Assembly (NCBI GenBank): GCA_044229475.1
Contig: JBGASW010000007.1
Span: forward strand, 62,054-126,053
Length of the DNA: 64,000 nucleotides
DNA from: Thermoanaerobaculia bacterium
GTDB lineage: Bacteria > Acidobacteriota > Thermoanaerobaculia > UBA5066
Direction of reading: 5' to 3'
The stretch's first letter is position 1. Every line of letters starts with the position of its first letter. The position numbers were made by a program, and so were the translations under genes. The notes under the pieces are model-generated. The model saw nothing but the letters and a program-made list of their open reading frames with translations. It made no database searches and was not told where the DNA came from. This document shows, one piece after another, positions 18,847 to 28,907 of this stretch.

Positions 18847-19467
18847 ATGGGCATCGTCCAGCGGCGGGAGCGGGAAAAACTGGAGGTCAGGACCAAGATC
18901 CTCGACGCAGCGCGCGAGCTCTTCGCCCGCGAGGGATACGACGCCGTCACGATGCGCCGCATCGCCGACGCGATCGAATACTCGCCGACGGCCATCTACC
19001 TGCATTTCAAGGACAAGGAGACGCTCATCCGCGACCTCTGCGAGGAGGACTTCGCCTCGCTCGCGAAGGCGTTCCAGAGGATCGCGCGGGAGCCGGACCC
19101 CCTCGAGCGCATCCGCAAGGCCGGGATGGCGTACGTGGACTTCGGCAGCGACAGGCCGAACCACTACCGGCTCATGTTCATGACGCCGCGGGCGCACGAG
19201 GAGATGCGGAACCTCGAGAAGGGAAATCCCGAAGAGGACGCGTACGCGTTTCTCGAGCGCGCCGTCGCCGAGGCGATCGCGAAGGGCCTTCTGAGACCCG
19301 AGCTGAAGGACCCCCACCTCGTCGCGCAGGCGGCCTGGGCCGGCGTCCACGGCGTGATCTCCCTCCACCTCGCCAAGAAGGACGATCCGTGGGTCGAGTG
19401 GAGGCCCCTGAAGAAGACCGCGGCGCTCGTCGTCGATTCGATGATCGAAGGCTTCCGGAAAGGCTGA
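18847..19467 (+). CDS. TetR/AcrR-family transcriptional regulator
   Basis: N-terminal HTH (TMRRIADAIEYSPTAIYLHFKDKETL). Confidence 0.85.
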   Translation: MGIVQRREREKLEVRTKILDAARELFAREGYDAVTMRRIADAIEYSPTAIYLHFKDKETLIRDLCEEDFASLAKAFQRIAREPDPLERIRKAGMAYVDFGSDRPNHYRLMFMTPRAHEEMRNLEKGNPEEDAYAFLERAVAEAIAKGLLRPELKDPHLVAQAAWAGVHGVISLHLAKKDDPWVEWRPLKKTAALVVDSMIEGFRKG

Positions 19468-19470
19468 GCC

Positions 19471-20598
19471 GTGGTCTCCCTCGCGCGGAAGAACCTCCTC
19501 CATGACAGGCTGCGCTTCGTGATCACGATCTCGGGCGTCGCGTTCGCGGTCACGCTCGTCTTCGTCCAGGTCGGCCTCTTCCTGGGCCTCCTCGACAACG
19601 CGTCCGTCACGATCGAGAAGATGTCGGCGGACCTCTGGGTCACGTCGAAGAACACGCCGAACGTGGACTTCGCCCACACGTTCCCGGAGACGGCGGTCCA
19701 GCGCGTGCGCTCGGTGCCGGGCGTCGCGCGGGCGGACAACCTGATCGTCTGGTTCATGCAGATGTCGCTCCCCTCGGGAGCGCAGGAGGGGACTCTCGTT
19801 TACGCGCTCGAGGACTTCACGGCCTGGAACATTCCGTGGAACGTCGCCGAGGGCGACCTCTCGGATCTCAAGCGCGGCAATTACTTCTTTCTCGATTCGT
19901 CGGCGCTCCGCCGTTTCGGGCCGTTTGCGGTCGGCGAGTACCGGGAGGTTCTCGACCGGCGCCTCAAGATCATCGGGCGGACGGAGAACGCACGCTCGTT
20001 CACGACGACGCCGATCTCGTTCATGGACCTCCGCCTCGCGCAGGAGCTCTCGTACCAGACGATGCACGACAAGACGACGTACGTCGTCGTGAAACTTGCG
20101 CCGGGGGCGGATCTCGAGTCCGTGCGCGCCGAAATCCGGCGCCGGCTCCCGTTCAACGACGTTTTCACAAGGGCGGAGTGGGCGAAGCGCTCGCGCGCCT
20201 ACTGGGTCGCGAACACGGGCATCGGCCTGAACATGTACCTGACGGTCTTCCTCGGCGTCCTCGTGGGCATCGTCGTCGTCGCGCAGACGCTCTACACGGC
20301 GACGATGGAACACATCAAGGAGTTCGGGACCGTCAAGGCGATCGGCGGCGGGAACCGCGACATCTACGCCATCCTCGCCGAACAGGCCGCGATCTCGGCC
20401 GTCGTCGGCTTCGTCTGCGGGCTCTTGCCCGCCTTCGCGCTCAAGCCGCTTCTCGCGAAAGCCGACCTCAAGATCATCGTGACGCCCGAGTTCGCGGTGA
20501 TCGTGTTCGTCGGGACGCTCGCGATGTGCCTGCTCTCGGCGATGGTCTCGTTCCGGAAAGTCGCCGCGATCGATCCGGCGCTCGTCTTCCGCGGTTAG
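19471..20598 (+). CDS. ABC transporter permease, FtsX/MacB/DevC-like
   Basis: N-terminal TM, large periplasmic domain, C-terminal 3-TM FtsX-like region; GTG start. Confidence 0.8.
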   Translation: MVSLARKNLLHDRLRFVITISGVAFAVTLVFVQVGLFLGLLDNASVTIEKMSADLWVTSKNTPNVDFAHTFPETAVQRVRSVPGVARADNLIVWFMQMSLPSGAQEGTLVYALEDFTAWNIPWNVAEGDLSDLKRGNYFFLDSSALRRFGPFAVGEYREVLDRRLKIIGRTENARSFTTTPISFMDLRLAQELSYQTMHDKTTYVVVKLAPGADLESVRAEIRRRLPFNDVFTRAEWAKRSRAYWVANTGIGLNMYLTVFLGVLVGIVVVAQTLYTATMEHIKEFGTVKAIGGGNRDIYAILAEQAAISAVVGFVCGLLPAFALKPLLAKADLKIIVTPEFAVIVFVGTLAMCLLSAMVSFRKVAAIDPALVFRG

Positions 20599-20606
20599 GA
20601 GTCCTC

Positions 20607-21281
20607 ATGTCCGTTCTCGTGTCCGAAAACGTCGTCAAGCGCTTCACCGAAGGCAGGGAGTCCGTCGAGGTCCTGAAGGGCGTCTCGCTCTCCGTGGGGC
20701 GCGGAGAGGTCGTGTCGCTGGAGGGTCCGTCCGGCTCGGGGAAGACGACGTTCCTCTCGATTCTCGGGTGCATCCTGACGCCGACCGAAGGCCGCGTCGC
20801 GATCGACGGAGAGGCCGTGGACCCGAAGCGGCCCGCGCGCCTCCCGGAGATCCGGAAGAAGTCGATCGGTTTCGTCTTCCAGCAGTTCAACCTCTTCCCG
20901 GCGCTCACCGCTCTCGAAAACGTGGAGTACGCGCTCAACGTGAAGGGCCTGAAGGGCGGCGAGGCCGCGCGCGAGGCGCACCGCGTCCTCGACGCCGTCG
21001 GCCTCTCGGACCGGAAGCGCTTCCTCCCGCGCGACCTCTCGGGCGGCCAGAAACAGCGCGTCGCGATCGCGCGCGCCCTCGCGGGCTCGCCGTCGGTCCT
21101 CCTCGCCGACGAGCCGACCGCGAACCTCGACTCGCACGTGGGGCTCCAGATCCTCGAGCTCTTCCGCGATCTCGCGAAGAAGGAGAACAAGGCCCTCGTC
21201 GTCGTGACGCACGACCCGAAGGTCCGTTCGATCGCCGACCGCGTCGTCACGATCCGCGACGGCGTGCTCGCCGCCGCCTGA
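20607..21281 (+). CDS. ABC transporter ATP-binding protein (MacB/LolD-like)
   Basis: Walker A GPSGSGKTT, signature LSGGQKQRVAIARAL, Walker B LLLADEPT. Confidence 0.9.
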   Translation: MSVLVSENVVKRFTEGRESVEVLKGVSLSVGRGEVVSLEGPSGSGKTTFLSILGCILTPTEGRVAIDGEAVDPKRPARLPEIRKKSIGFVFQQFNLFPALTALENVEYALNVKGLKGGEAAREAHRVLDAVGLSDRKRFLPRDLSGGQKQRVAIARALAGSPSVLLADEPTANLDSHVGLQILELFRDLAKKENKALVVVTHDPKVRSIADRVVTIRDGVLAAA

Positions 21282-21306
21282 CCCACCGGGGACAAAGGAC
21301 CACGAC

Positions 21307-22251
21307 ATGTCGAACCAGGAGAAAGATCTCCACGTCGTCTTCGGGACCGGCCCGCTGGGCCGCGCGGTCGCCGCGGCTCTCGTCGCCAGGGGACGGGCGG
21401 TCCGCGCCGTCGGCCGCTCGGCGCGAGCCGACGTTCCGGCAGGGACCGCGTACGTCTCTGCCGATGCTTCCGAACCGGCCGCGGCGCGCGCCGTCACCCT
21501 CGGGGCTGCCGCCGTCTACCAGTGCGCCCAGCCCGCCTACCACCGCTGGCCGGAGGAGTTTCCCCGGCTGCAGTCCTCCATTCTCGAAGCGGCCGCGGCC
21601 GCCGGGGCTCGCCTCGTCCTCGCCGACAACCTGTACGCCTTGGGCGACGCGGGGCGGCCGCTGACGGAGGATCTGCCCGCCGCGGCGACGACGCGCAAGG
21701 GGAGGACACGGGGGGCGATGGCCGAGGCTGCGCTCGCGGCCCACCGCGCCGGCCGGGTCCGGGTCGCCATCGGACGCGCTTCCGACTTCTACGGGCCCGG
21801 CGTCAGGCTGTCGGCCCTCGGCGAGCGCGTCTTCGCGCCGCTGCTCGCGGGCAAGAAGGCGGGAGTTCTCGGCAACCCCGACCTGCCGCACACCTACACG
21901 TACATCGACGACTTCGCCCGAGCCCTCGTGACTCTCGGGGAGCGCGACGAGGCGTCCGGTGGGATCTGGAACGTGCCGAGCGCGCCGACACTGACGACGC
22001 GCGAGATCGTCGCGATCGCGGCGGAAGAGGCGGGGGTCGAGCCGCGCCTCGCGGCGGCCGGACGGGCACTCCTCTCACTCGCCGGTCTCTTCAATCCGGG
22101 CGCGCGGGAGATGCTGGAAATGTTCTACGAGTTCGAGAAGCCGTTCGTCGTGGATCACTCGAAATTCGGCCGTGCCTTTGGCGGCGCGGCGACACCGCAC
22201 CGCGACGCGCTCCAGGCCACTCTGGCCTGGTACCGCGCGCGCAAAGCCTGA
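21307..22251 (+). CDS. NAD-dependent epimerase/dehydratase family protein
   Basis: N-terminal Rossmann VVFGTGPLG; SDR-extended-like. Confidence 0.75.
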   Translation: MSNQEKDLHVVFGTGPLGRAVAAALVARGRAVRAVGRSARADVPAGTAYVSADASEPAAARAVTLGAAAVYQCAQPAYHRWPEEFPRLQSSILEAAAAAGARLVLADNLYALGDAGRPLTEDLPAAATTRKGRTRGAMAEAALAAHRAGRVRVAIGRASDFYGPGVRLSALGERVFAPLLAGKKAGVLGNPDLPHTYTYIDDFARALVTLGERDEASGGIWNVPSAPTLTTREIVAIAAEEAGVEPRLAAAGRALLSLAGLFNPGAREMLEMFYEFEKPFVVDHSKFGRAFGGAATPHRDALQATLAWYRARKA

Positions 22252-22271
22252 ATTCCGCCGGAGGACTGCCG

Positions 22272-23177
22272 ATGAAACGCCCGCCGCTCGCCCTTTCGAT
22301 CGCCGTCGCCGCCTCGGGAACGGCGGTTCTGCTCCTCTGCCGGTCCGCCGCGCAGGGGGGCGGCGCCGCGACGCCCGCCCCGAAGCCGCTCGCCGTCGCG
22401 TCCGCCCCCGCCGCGCGCGTTGCCGCCGAGGGGCGAGTCGTCGCGTACCCGGGCGCCGAGGTCGTCGTCGGGACCGACTTCGCCGGCACGGTCCGGCGCC
22501 TGCTCGTGAAGGAGCGGGACGCCGTCCGGAAGGGCGACCTCCTCGCGGAGATCGGCGCCGACGAACAGAAGGCCGCCCTCGCCGAGGCCGAGGCGAGGAT
22601 CGCGGAGGCTGCCGCGGACGTGAAGCTCTTCGAGTTCGAGCTCGCCCGCGCCGAACAACTCCTCGCGTCGAAGGTAGGCGCCCGACAGGCCGTCGACAAA
22701 GCCTCCCGCGACCTCGAGGCGGCACGCGCGCGCCGCGCGACGGCCGGTGCTGAGGCCGAGCGGCTGAAGGCGACGATCGCCAAGTCCCGGATCCTCGCGC
22801 CGATCTCCGGCGCCGTGATCACCCGCCACGTCGAGGCGGGCGAGACGATCGACCGCGGAGCACGCATCGCGACGGTCGCGGACCTCTCGCGCCTGCGCGT
22901 GGAGGCGGAGGTCGACGAAGCCGACGCCGCGCGCGTTTCGGTCGGAGCTCGTGTGGCGATTCGCGCCGAGGGGGAGTCTGGCGCGGGGCTGGAAGGCCGC
23001 GTCGAAGAGATCCCGGACGCCGTCACGGGCCGCCGGACGAAGCCTCTCGATCCGGGAAAGCCCTCGGATACGCGCGTCCTCCTCGTGAAGATCGCTTTTG
23101 CCGACGCGAGCCGGGGAACGGCCCTCAAGCTGGGCCGTCGGGTCGAGGTGGAGATCCAGGGCGGCTCGCCCCGCTGA
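22272..23177 (+). CDS. Efflux transporter periplasmic adaptor (HlyD/membrane fusion protein family)
   Basis: Signal/anchor, coiled-coil (AALAEAEARIAEAAADVKLFEFELARAEQL), beta-barrel domain pattern. Confidence 0.8.
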   Translation: MKRPPLALSIAVAASGTAVLLLCRSAAQGGGAATPAPKPLAVASAPAARVAAEGRVVAYPGAEVVVGTDFAGTVRRLLVKERDAVRKGDLLAEIGADEQKAALAEAEARIAEAAADVKLFEFELARAEQLLASKVGARQAVDKASRDLEAARARRATAGAEAERLKATIAKSRILAPISGAVITRHVEAGETIDRGARIATVADLSRLRVEAEVDEADAARVSVGARVAIRAEGESGAGLEGRVEEIPDAVTGRRTKPLDPGKPSDTRVLLVKIAFADASRGTALKLGRRVEVEIQGGSPR

Positions 23178-23232
23178 CCAATCACCCGGTTTGTTTAGAA
23201 TCCAAATTCACCACGGGGACGGATTGATCGGG

Positions 23233-23829
23233 ATGAAGAAGCGCACCGTGGGCCGTCCACGCGACGGCGATCCCGCCAAGACGCGCCGCGAGATCCTCGA
23301 AGCGGCCGAGGAAAGTTTTGCAGCGTCTGGATTTGTCGGCGCGACGACCCGGCAGGTGGCCGCGCGCGCCGGCGTCAACGTGGCGACCCTCCACTATCAC
23401 TTCGGGAACAAGGAGCGTCTCTATCGCGCCGTCCTCGAGGCCGCGGTTGCCGGCGATGTTCCCGACGGTCCGACGGCGGGCTCGCCCGCGGAGCGCCTGA
23501 CCGGCGTCGTCGAAGCGCTCTGGAGCTTCGGCCTGAAGCGCTCCGCGCTGTCCCGCCTCAGCCTCCTCCACCGCCTGGCCGGACCCGCGCGCACCGCGGG
23601 ACGCGCGCCCGAACCGGACGACCCGCGCGAGACGCTCCTCGCGAAGACGATCGCGGACGTCGCCGAGAAGGGGTCTCTCCCGCCCGAGGAGGCTGCGCGT
23701 CTCGTACTCGTCCTGATGGATGGCGCGCTCGTGGCGGTGCGCAACGGGCACGGCCCGGACGCCGCCGTTCCCGAGGCCCCCCGTCGCGCCGTCGTCGCGG
23801 CGGCGCTCCGCATCACCGGGCTGGCCTAG
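23233..23829 (+). CDS. TetR-family transcriptional regulator
   Basis: HTH TTRQVAARAGVNVATLHYHFGNKERL. Confidence 0.75.
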   Translation: MKKRTVGRPRDGDPAKTRREILEAAEESFAASGFVGATTRQVAARAGVNVATLHYHFGNKERLYRAVLEAAVAGDVPDGPTAGSPAERLTGVVEALWSFGLKRSALSRLSLLHRLAGPARTAGRAPEPDDPRETLLAKTIADVAEKGSLPPEEAARLVLVLMDGALVAVRNGHGPDAAVPEAPRRAVVAAALRITGLA

Positions 23830-25151
23830 GGACTTCGGCGCACGCCGCACGCGAGGACGATCGCGTTGACGCCGGTTCCCGCGAGGACCGGGTCCACGCC
23901 GGCGACGTGAAGGAAACGCTCGAGCATCGCCGCGGCCCCGCCGAGGAGCATGGCGGAACCGGCGAAGCGCCGGTCGACGCGGACGCCGGGGACGAACGCC
24001 GCGAGCGTCGGGAGGATGAGGCCCGACGCGAAGAGCGTGTAGCCGAGCCGGAACGTCTCGACGAGGTCCTGGAGGACGAGCGCGACGGCGAGCCCGGCCG
24101 CGCCGTAGACGACGACGGCGGCCCGCGCGAAGCGCACGCCGGCGCCGGGGACAAGGTCGTGCGCCGTCGCCGCGGCGGCCGAGAGGAGTACCGAGTCCGC
24201 CGAGGACTGCATCGTGGCGACGAGCGCGACGAGGAGGAGCGGAGCGAGCGCGGGGCCCGCGAGCGCGAAGACCGTGCGCGGGAAGAGCTGGGCCGGCGGG
24301 CCCGGGACGGCGAGCGAGACGCCTGCGAGAGCGATCGCGCACGTCGAGAGGCCGAACGCGAGCTTGGCGACGGCCGCGCCATACGCGGCGCGCCGCGCCG
24401 CGGAGGCGTCGCGCGCGGAGAGGAGCTTGGACCATACGTCGCTGCCGACCGCGTGCGGCAGCCCGACGAGAACGAGGAACGCGAGGACGTCGGCCCACGA
24501 GAACGCAGGCCCGGTGGGGAATGCGAGAAGCCGTCCGGGCGGCGGCGTCCGGAGGAGCGCGGCGAACGCGAGCGGAAGCGCGACGAAGAGGAGGCCGCAG
24601 ACCATGAGCGCGAACTGGAGGAGGTCCGTCCCGACGACGGCGCGCTGGCCCCCGAGCGCCGTGTAGGCGACGAAGAGCGCGGCCGTCAGGATGAGGACGC
24701 GCCGCGGATCCCAGGGCGTCGTCGCGACGATCACGGTCTGCGTCGCCTGCGCGAGGAGCGCGAACCAGACGATCTCGGCCGAGACGACGAGGCACGCCGC
24801 GATGCGCCTCACGCCGCCTCCGTACGTCCTCCCGATGACCTCCGCGATCGTCGTCGCGCCGGTCGCCCGGAGGCGCGGGGCGAGAAACGCGCCGAGCGCG
24901 AGGAGGCCGAGCGCGCCCGCGAGGTCGAGCCAGAGCGCGGGGAGACCCTTCGACGCCACGAGCGCGGCGAGGACGAGCGTCGTCGAGCCGCCGATCACCG
25001 TCGAGGAGAGCGCGACGCCCGCCCGGAGCCCGCCGAGCCCGCGGTCCGCGACGAGGAACGCGTCCGTGGAGCGCGAGGCCTTCCGGGCCGAGACGACGCC
25101 GACGAGCAGGACCGCGGCGCCGTAGACGACGAGCGCGAGCGCGAGATTCAC
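23826..25151 (-). CDS. Sodium:solute symporter (SSS) family transporter
   Basis: ~13 TM helices; SSS-family pattern; GTG start; 4-nt overlap with upstream amidohydrolase gene. Confidence 0.75.
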   Translation of the reverse strand: MNLALALVVYGAAVLLVGVVSARKASRSTDAFLVADRGLGGLRAGVALSSTVIGGSTTLVLAALVASKGLPALWLDLAGALGLLALGAFLAPRLRATGATTIAEVIGRTYGGGVRRIAACLVVSAEIVWFALLAQATQTVIVATTPWDPRRVLILTAALFVAYTALGGQRAVVGTDLLQFALMVCGLLFVALPLAFAALLRTPPPGRLLAFPTGPAFSWADVLAFLVLVGLPHAVGSDVWSKLLSARDASAARRAAYGAAVAKLAFGLSTCAIALAGVSLAVPGPPAQLFPRTVFALAGPALAPLLLVALVATMQSSADSVLLSAAAATAHDLVPGAGVRFARAAVVVYGAAGLAVALVLQDLVETFRLGYTLFASGLILPTLAAFVPGVRVDRRFAGSAMLLGGAAAMLERFLHVAGVDPVLAGTGVNAIVLACGVRRSP

Positions 25152-26323
25152 GCGGGCGGGGCCGTGAGGACGTCGCGGGCGTACGCGGCGAGGAGGCGGG
25201 CCGCGTGCGGGAGGGCGCGTTCGTCGAAGTCGAAATCCGGCGCATGGTGCGGCCCGCGGGGGCCGTCCGTGCGCGCGGCGCCGACGAACGCGAAGGCGCC
25301 GGGGACGCGCTGGAGGAACTCGGAGAAGTCCTCCCCGCCCATCGTCCGGCACTCGGCCGAGGCGCGGCCCGCGCCGAGGACGGCGTCCGCGGCGCGGCGT
25401 GCGCGCGCGGCTTCGGCGGGGTGGTTCACGACGGCCCCGCTCCGCCGCTCGTAGACGGTCTTCGCCGCGCAGCCCGCAGCCGAGGCGGCGTGGGCGGCGA
25501 TCTCCGGGACGAGCACCGCGAGGCGCTCGCTCGCGTCGCGATCGAACGAGCGGCAGGTGCCCGTCAGCGTCACGGATTCCGGGAGGACGTTGAACGCGGA
25601 GCCGCCGTGCACGGACGTGACGGACACGACGGCGGGCTGGAGGGGCGACAGACGCCGCGCGACGACGGTCTGGAGCGCCGTGACGACGAGCGCCGCCGCG
25701 ACGACGGCGTCGCGCGTCTCGTGCGGCGAGGCCGCATGCCCGCCGGGGCTCGTGACGTCGATCCGGAACTCGTCGACGGCGGCCATCATCGCCCCGGAGG
25801 CGACGCCCGCCGCGCCGAGCGGGAGCGACGTCCAGAGGTGGACGCCGAAGACGGCGTCGGGGCGCGGGTCGTCGAGGACGCCGTCGGCGATCATCGCGGC
25901 CGCGCCGCCCGCGCCCTCCTCCGCCGGCTGGAACGCGAAGACGACGCGGCCGCCCGCGGGCGGGTCGAGGAGCAGAAGGTCGGCCGCCGCGTCGAGAGCG
26001 GCGACGTGCCCGTCGTGCCCGCAGGCGTGCATCCGGCCGTTCGCCGACGCGAACGGCAGCCCGGTCTTCTCGGCGACCGGGAGCGCGTCGAGGTCGGCGC
26101 GAAGAAGGACCGTCCGGCCCGGCCGGCCGGTGTCGAGGACCGCCGCGACGCCGGTCTTCCCGAGGCCGGTTCGCACCGCGAGTCCGCGCGCGCGCATGCG
26201 GGCCTCGACGAGGCGCGCGGTCTCGACTTCCTCGAACGCGGTCTCCGGGCGGGCGTGGAGCTGGCGCCGGAACGTGACGGCGGAGGCGTCCGCGGCGGCC
26301 GCGTCCTTCGCGAGCGGATTCAC
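25148..26323 (-). CDS. M20-family amidohydrolase (N-acyl-L-amino acid amidohydrolase / hippurate hydrolase-like)
   Basis: M20D pattern (HACGHDGH, metal-binding HxD, E), GTG start. Confidence 0.8.
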   Translation of the reverse strand: MNPLAKDAAAADASAVTFRRQLHARPETAFEEVETARLVEARMRARGLAVRTGLGKTGVAAVLDTGRPGRTVLLRADLDALPVAEKTGLPFASANGRMHACGHDGHVAALDAAADLLLLDPPAGGRVVFAFQPAEEGAGGAAAMIADGVLDDPRPDAVFGVHLWTSLPLGAAGVASGAMMAAVDEFRIDVTSPGGHAASPHETRDAVVAAALVVTALQTVVARRLSPLQPAVVSVTSVHGGSAFNVLPESVTLTGTCRSFDRDASERLAVLVPEIAAHAASAAGCAAKTVYERRSGAVVNHPAEAARARRAADAVLGAGRASAECRTMGGEDFSEFLQRVPGAFAFVGAARTDGPRGPHHAPDFDFDERALPHAARLLAAYARDVLTAPPA

Positions 26324-26362
26324 GCCGGGATCATAGGCCGGGGACCGCGCTATCCTCGGGCC

Positions 26363-26704
26363 GTGACCGAGCCCCTCCGGAAGACGTTCACGTTCGACGA
26401 GGCCCGTGCGCTTCTCCCGGCCGTGCGCGAGAAGACGCGGCGCGCCCTCGAGGCGCTGGACGGCCTCGCGGCCGTCGCCGACGACGACGCCGAGTCGTCC
26501 CGGCGGCGGACGGAGCGCGCCGTCGAGGGGATCCTGAACGCGTGGCGCGAGGAGCTCGAGGCCCTCGGGATCGAGGTGAAGGGTCCGTGGCTCGTGGACT
26601 TCGACTCGGGCGCCGGCTATTACTGCTGGAAGTGGCCCGAGGAGTCCCTCGAGTTCTTCCACGGGTACGAAGAGGGCTTCGCCGGCCGCGTGCCCCTGCA
26701 GTAG
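26363..26704 (+). CDS. Hypothetical protein (DUF2203-like)
   Basis: 113-aa product, GTG start, coding codon bias; conserved-hypothetical pattern. Confidence 0.5.
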   Translation: MTEPLRKTFTFDEARALLPAVREKTRRALEALDGLAAVADDDAESSRRRTERAVEGILNAWREELEALGIEVKGPWLVDFDSGAGYYCWKWPEESLEFFHGYEEGFAGRVPLQ

Positions 26705-26708
26705 CGGG

Positions 26709-27263
26709 TCAGGCGATCCCGAGGATCCGCTTTCCCTCGGGCGTCATCATCTCCGCGCTCCAGGGCGGGTCCCACACGAGCTGGACTTCGGCTTCCTTCA
26801 CGCCCGGCACCCGCGCGACGCGGGACTGCGCGTCCGACGCGATCGCCGGACCCATCCCGCAGCCCGGAGCCGTGAGCGTCATCTTCACCTCGACCCGCGT
26901 GCCGCCCTTTTCCGCGGGGAGGACGCGCAGGTCGTAAACGAGGCCGAGATCCACGATGTTCACGGGAATCTCGGGGTCGTACACGGTCCGGAGCTGCTCC
27001 CACACCGCGTCCTCGCTGACCGGGCCCGCCGCGGCGGCCGGGGAGTCTTCGGAACCGGCCGAGAGGCCGAGGGCGTCGCCGTCCGCTCCCGAAATCCGGA
27101 ACAGGCCGCCGAGAGCGGGCGCCTGCACGGTGAGCGTTCCGCCGAGCGACTGCGTGAGGAAGACGTCGGTTCCGGCCTTGAGCGTGATGGGCTCGCCCGA
27201 CGGGATCCGGATGGCGGGGCAGTCGCGCGAGAGCTGGTGCGCCGTGGGAACCTGGGGCGTCAT
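26709..27263 (-). CDS. DUF59 (MIP18/PaaD-like) Fe-S cluster assembly domain protein
   Basis: C-terminal DUF59 motif (LRTVYDPEIPVNIVDLGLVY, TAPGCGMG). Confidence 0.6.
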   Translation of the reverse strand: MTPQVPTAHQLSRDCPAIRIPSGEPITLKAGTDVFLTQSLGGTLTVQAPALGGLFRISGADGDALGLSAGSEDSPAAAAGPVSEDAVWEQLRTVYDPEIPVNIVDLGLVYDLRVLPAEKGGTRVEVKMTLTAPGCGMGPAIASDAQSRVARVPGVKEAEVQLVWDPPWSAEMMTPEGKRILGIA

Positions 27264-28459
27264 CGGGGGGACTCCTCTGCGCGCGAGGGCGCGGCGGCAT
27301 TCTCTCTCAGGAGACCGGCGGCGGAAAGGACGAGGGCGCCGCCCTGTAGCGCGGCGGCGGCCCAGTGCGGCGCGTCCGGCCCCACGCGCAGGTACAGGTT
27401 CTCGCCCGCGAACGGGCCGAAGACCCGCCCGAGGGAGGCCATGGACTGGTACGCCCCGAGGACCTCGCCCTGCTCGGTCGCCGCCGTGCGCCTCGAAACG
27501 AGGGACGACAGCGTCGGCGTCGTGATCCCGATGCCGAGCGCGATCACGGCGATGGCCGCGAGGAGCCGCGGCGGGGTCGTCCCGAGCCGGAGAAGGAGGA
27601 AACCCGCGATCAGGAAGACGCAGCCCGCCATCACGAGGCGGGCCTCGCCGACCCGCGGCGCGAGGCGCCGCACGAGGCCGCCCTGGACGACGACCGAGCA
27701 GACGCCGACGAAGACGAAGAACCAGGCGACCGTCGACGGCCCCGCCCCGAGCCGGAGCGAGAGGAACTGCGCGAACGTGGACTCGAAGTTCGCGAAGGCC
27801 GTCGTCGTGACGAAGGAAAGGAGCATGAGCGCGCCGATCTCGGGCCGGCGGAACGCCGCGAGGAGCGGGCCCGCCGAGAAGAGCGGGCCGGAGGGCGCGA
27901 CCTTCCCCGCGGGGCGCGTCTCGGGCAGCTTGAAGAAGGCCCACACGCACGCGACGAGAGAGAGGCCAGCGGCGAACAGCCCCGGCGCCGCCTCTCCGAG
28001 GTGCACGGCGAAGCCGCCGATCGCGGGCCCGAAGATGAAGCCGAGGCCGAACGCGATCCCGACCATCGCCATGCCGCGCGCGCGCTCCGTGGGCGCCGTC
28101 GAATCTGCGATGACGGCCTGCGCGGTCCCGATGTTTCCGCCCGTCGCGCCGGGGAGGAGGCGCGCGACGAAGAGCATCGGAAGCGAGCGCGCGAACGCGA
28201 AGAGGACGTAGCCGACCACCGTGCCCGCGAGCGAGAAGATGATGACGGGCCGCCGCCCGTAACGGTCCGAGAGTCGGCCGAGGAGGGGGCCGAACAGGAA
28301 CTGCATCGCGGAATAGCTCGACATGAGGAGGCCGAAGACGAGCGGCGACGGGTGGTACTTCTCGGCGTAGAGCGGCAGAAGCGGGATCACGATCCCGAAG
28401 CCGAGAAGGTCGATGAAGACCGTCAGGAAGACGATCTTCAGGATCGAGGGGTTCTTCAC
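27260..28459 (-). CDS. MFS transporter (Tet/TCR-like 12-TM)
   Basis: 12 predicted TM helices; MFS motif A-like GRLSDRYGRRP. Confidence 0.8.
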   Translation of the reverse strand: MKNPSILKIVFLTVFIDLLGFGIVIPLLPLYAEKYHPSPLVFGLLMSSYSAMQFLFGPLLGRLSDRYGRRPVIIFSLAGTVVGYVLFAFARSLPMLFVARLLPGATGGNIGTAQAVIADSTAPTERARGMAMVGIAFGLGFIFGPAIGGFAVHLGEAAPGLFAAGLSLVACVWAFFKLPETRPAGKVAPSGPLFSAGPLLAAFRRPEIGALMLLSFVTTTAFANFESTFAQFLSLRLGAGPSTVAWFFVFVGVCSVVVQGGLVRRLAPRVGEARLVMAGCVFLIAGFLLLRLGTTPPRLLAAIAVIALGIGITTPTLSSLVSRRTAATEQGEVLGAYQSMASLGRVFGPFAGENLYLRVGPDAPHWAAAALQGGALVLSAAGLLRENAAAPSRAEESPR

Positions 28460-28535
28460 AAGCCTGCGCAGGACGCGAAGCGTCCGAGCGGAAGGGTGAG
28501 GGAAACCCGCATGACGGGTTTCCCGTTCACGATCG

Positions 28536-28907
28536 TCAGCTGAAGGATTTTCCGCAGCCGCAGCCGGACGTCGCGTTCGGATTCTCGACCGCGAAGCCCG
28601 CCCCGCGCATGTCCTCGACGAAGTCCACGGTGGAGCCGTGGAGCTTGAGCGCGCTCGCCGGGTCCACGACGACCTCGATGTCCTTCACGGCGAGGACGTG
28701 GTCCGTCGGCCGCTTGTCGTCGAACGTGAAGCCGTACTGGAAGCCGGAGCAGCCGCCGCCCTGGATGAAGACGCGCAGGGGCTTGTTTGCGGCCTCGGGC
28801 ATCTTGGCGGCGAACTCTTTCACCTTCGCGACGGCGCGATCCGTCACGCTGAGGAGGAAGACGGACGGGGAAGCAACCTGCGTGGCGGTCTCGGGAGCGC
28901 TGGACAT
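28536..28907 (-). CDS. Iron-sulfur cluster insertion protein, HesB/IscA/ErpA family
   Basis: Conserved Cys in ...GGGCSGFQYG... and C-terminal GCGCGKSF motif. Confidence 0.8.
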   Translation of the reverse strand: MSSAPETATQVASPSVFLLSVTDRAVAKVKEFAAKMPEAANKPLRVFIQGGGCSGFQYGFTFDDKRPTDHVLAVKDIEVVVDPASALKLHGSTVDFVEDMRGAGFAVENPNATSGCGCGKSFS

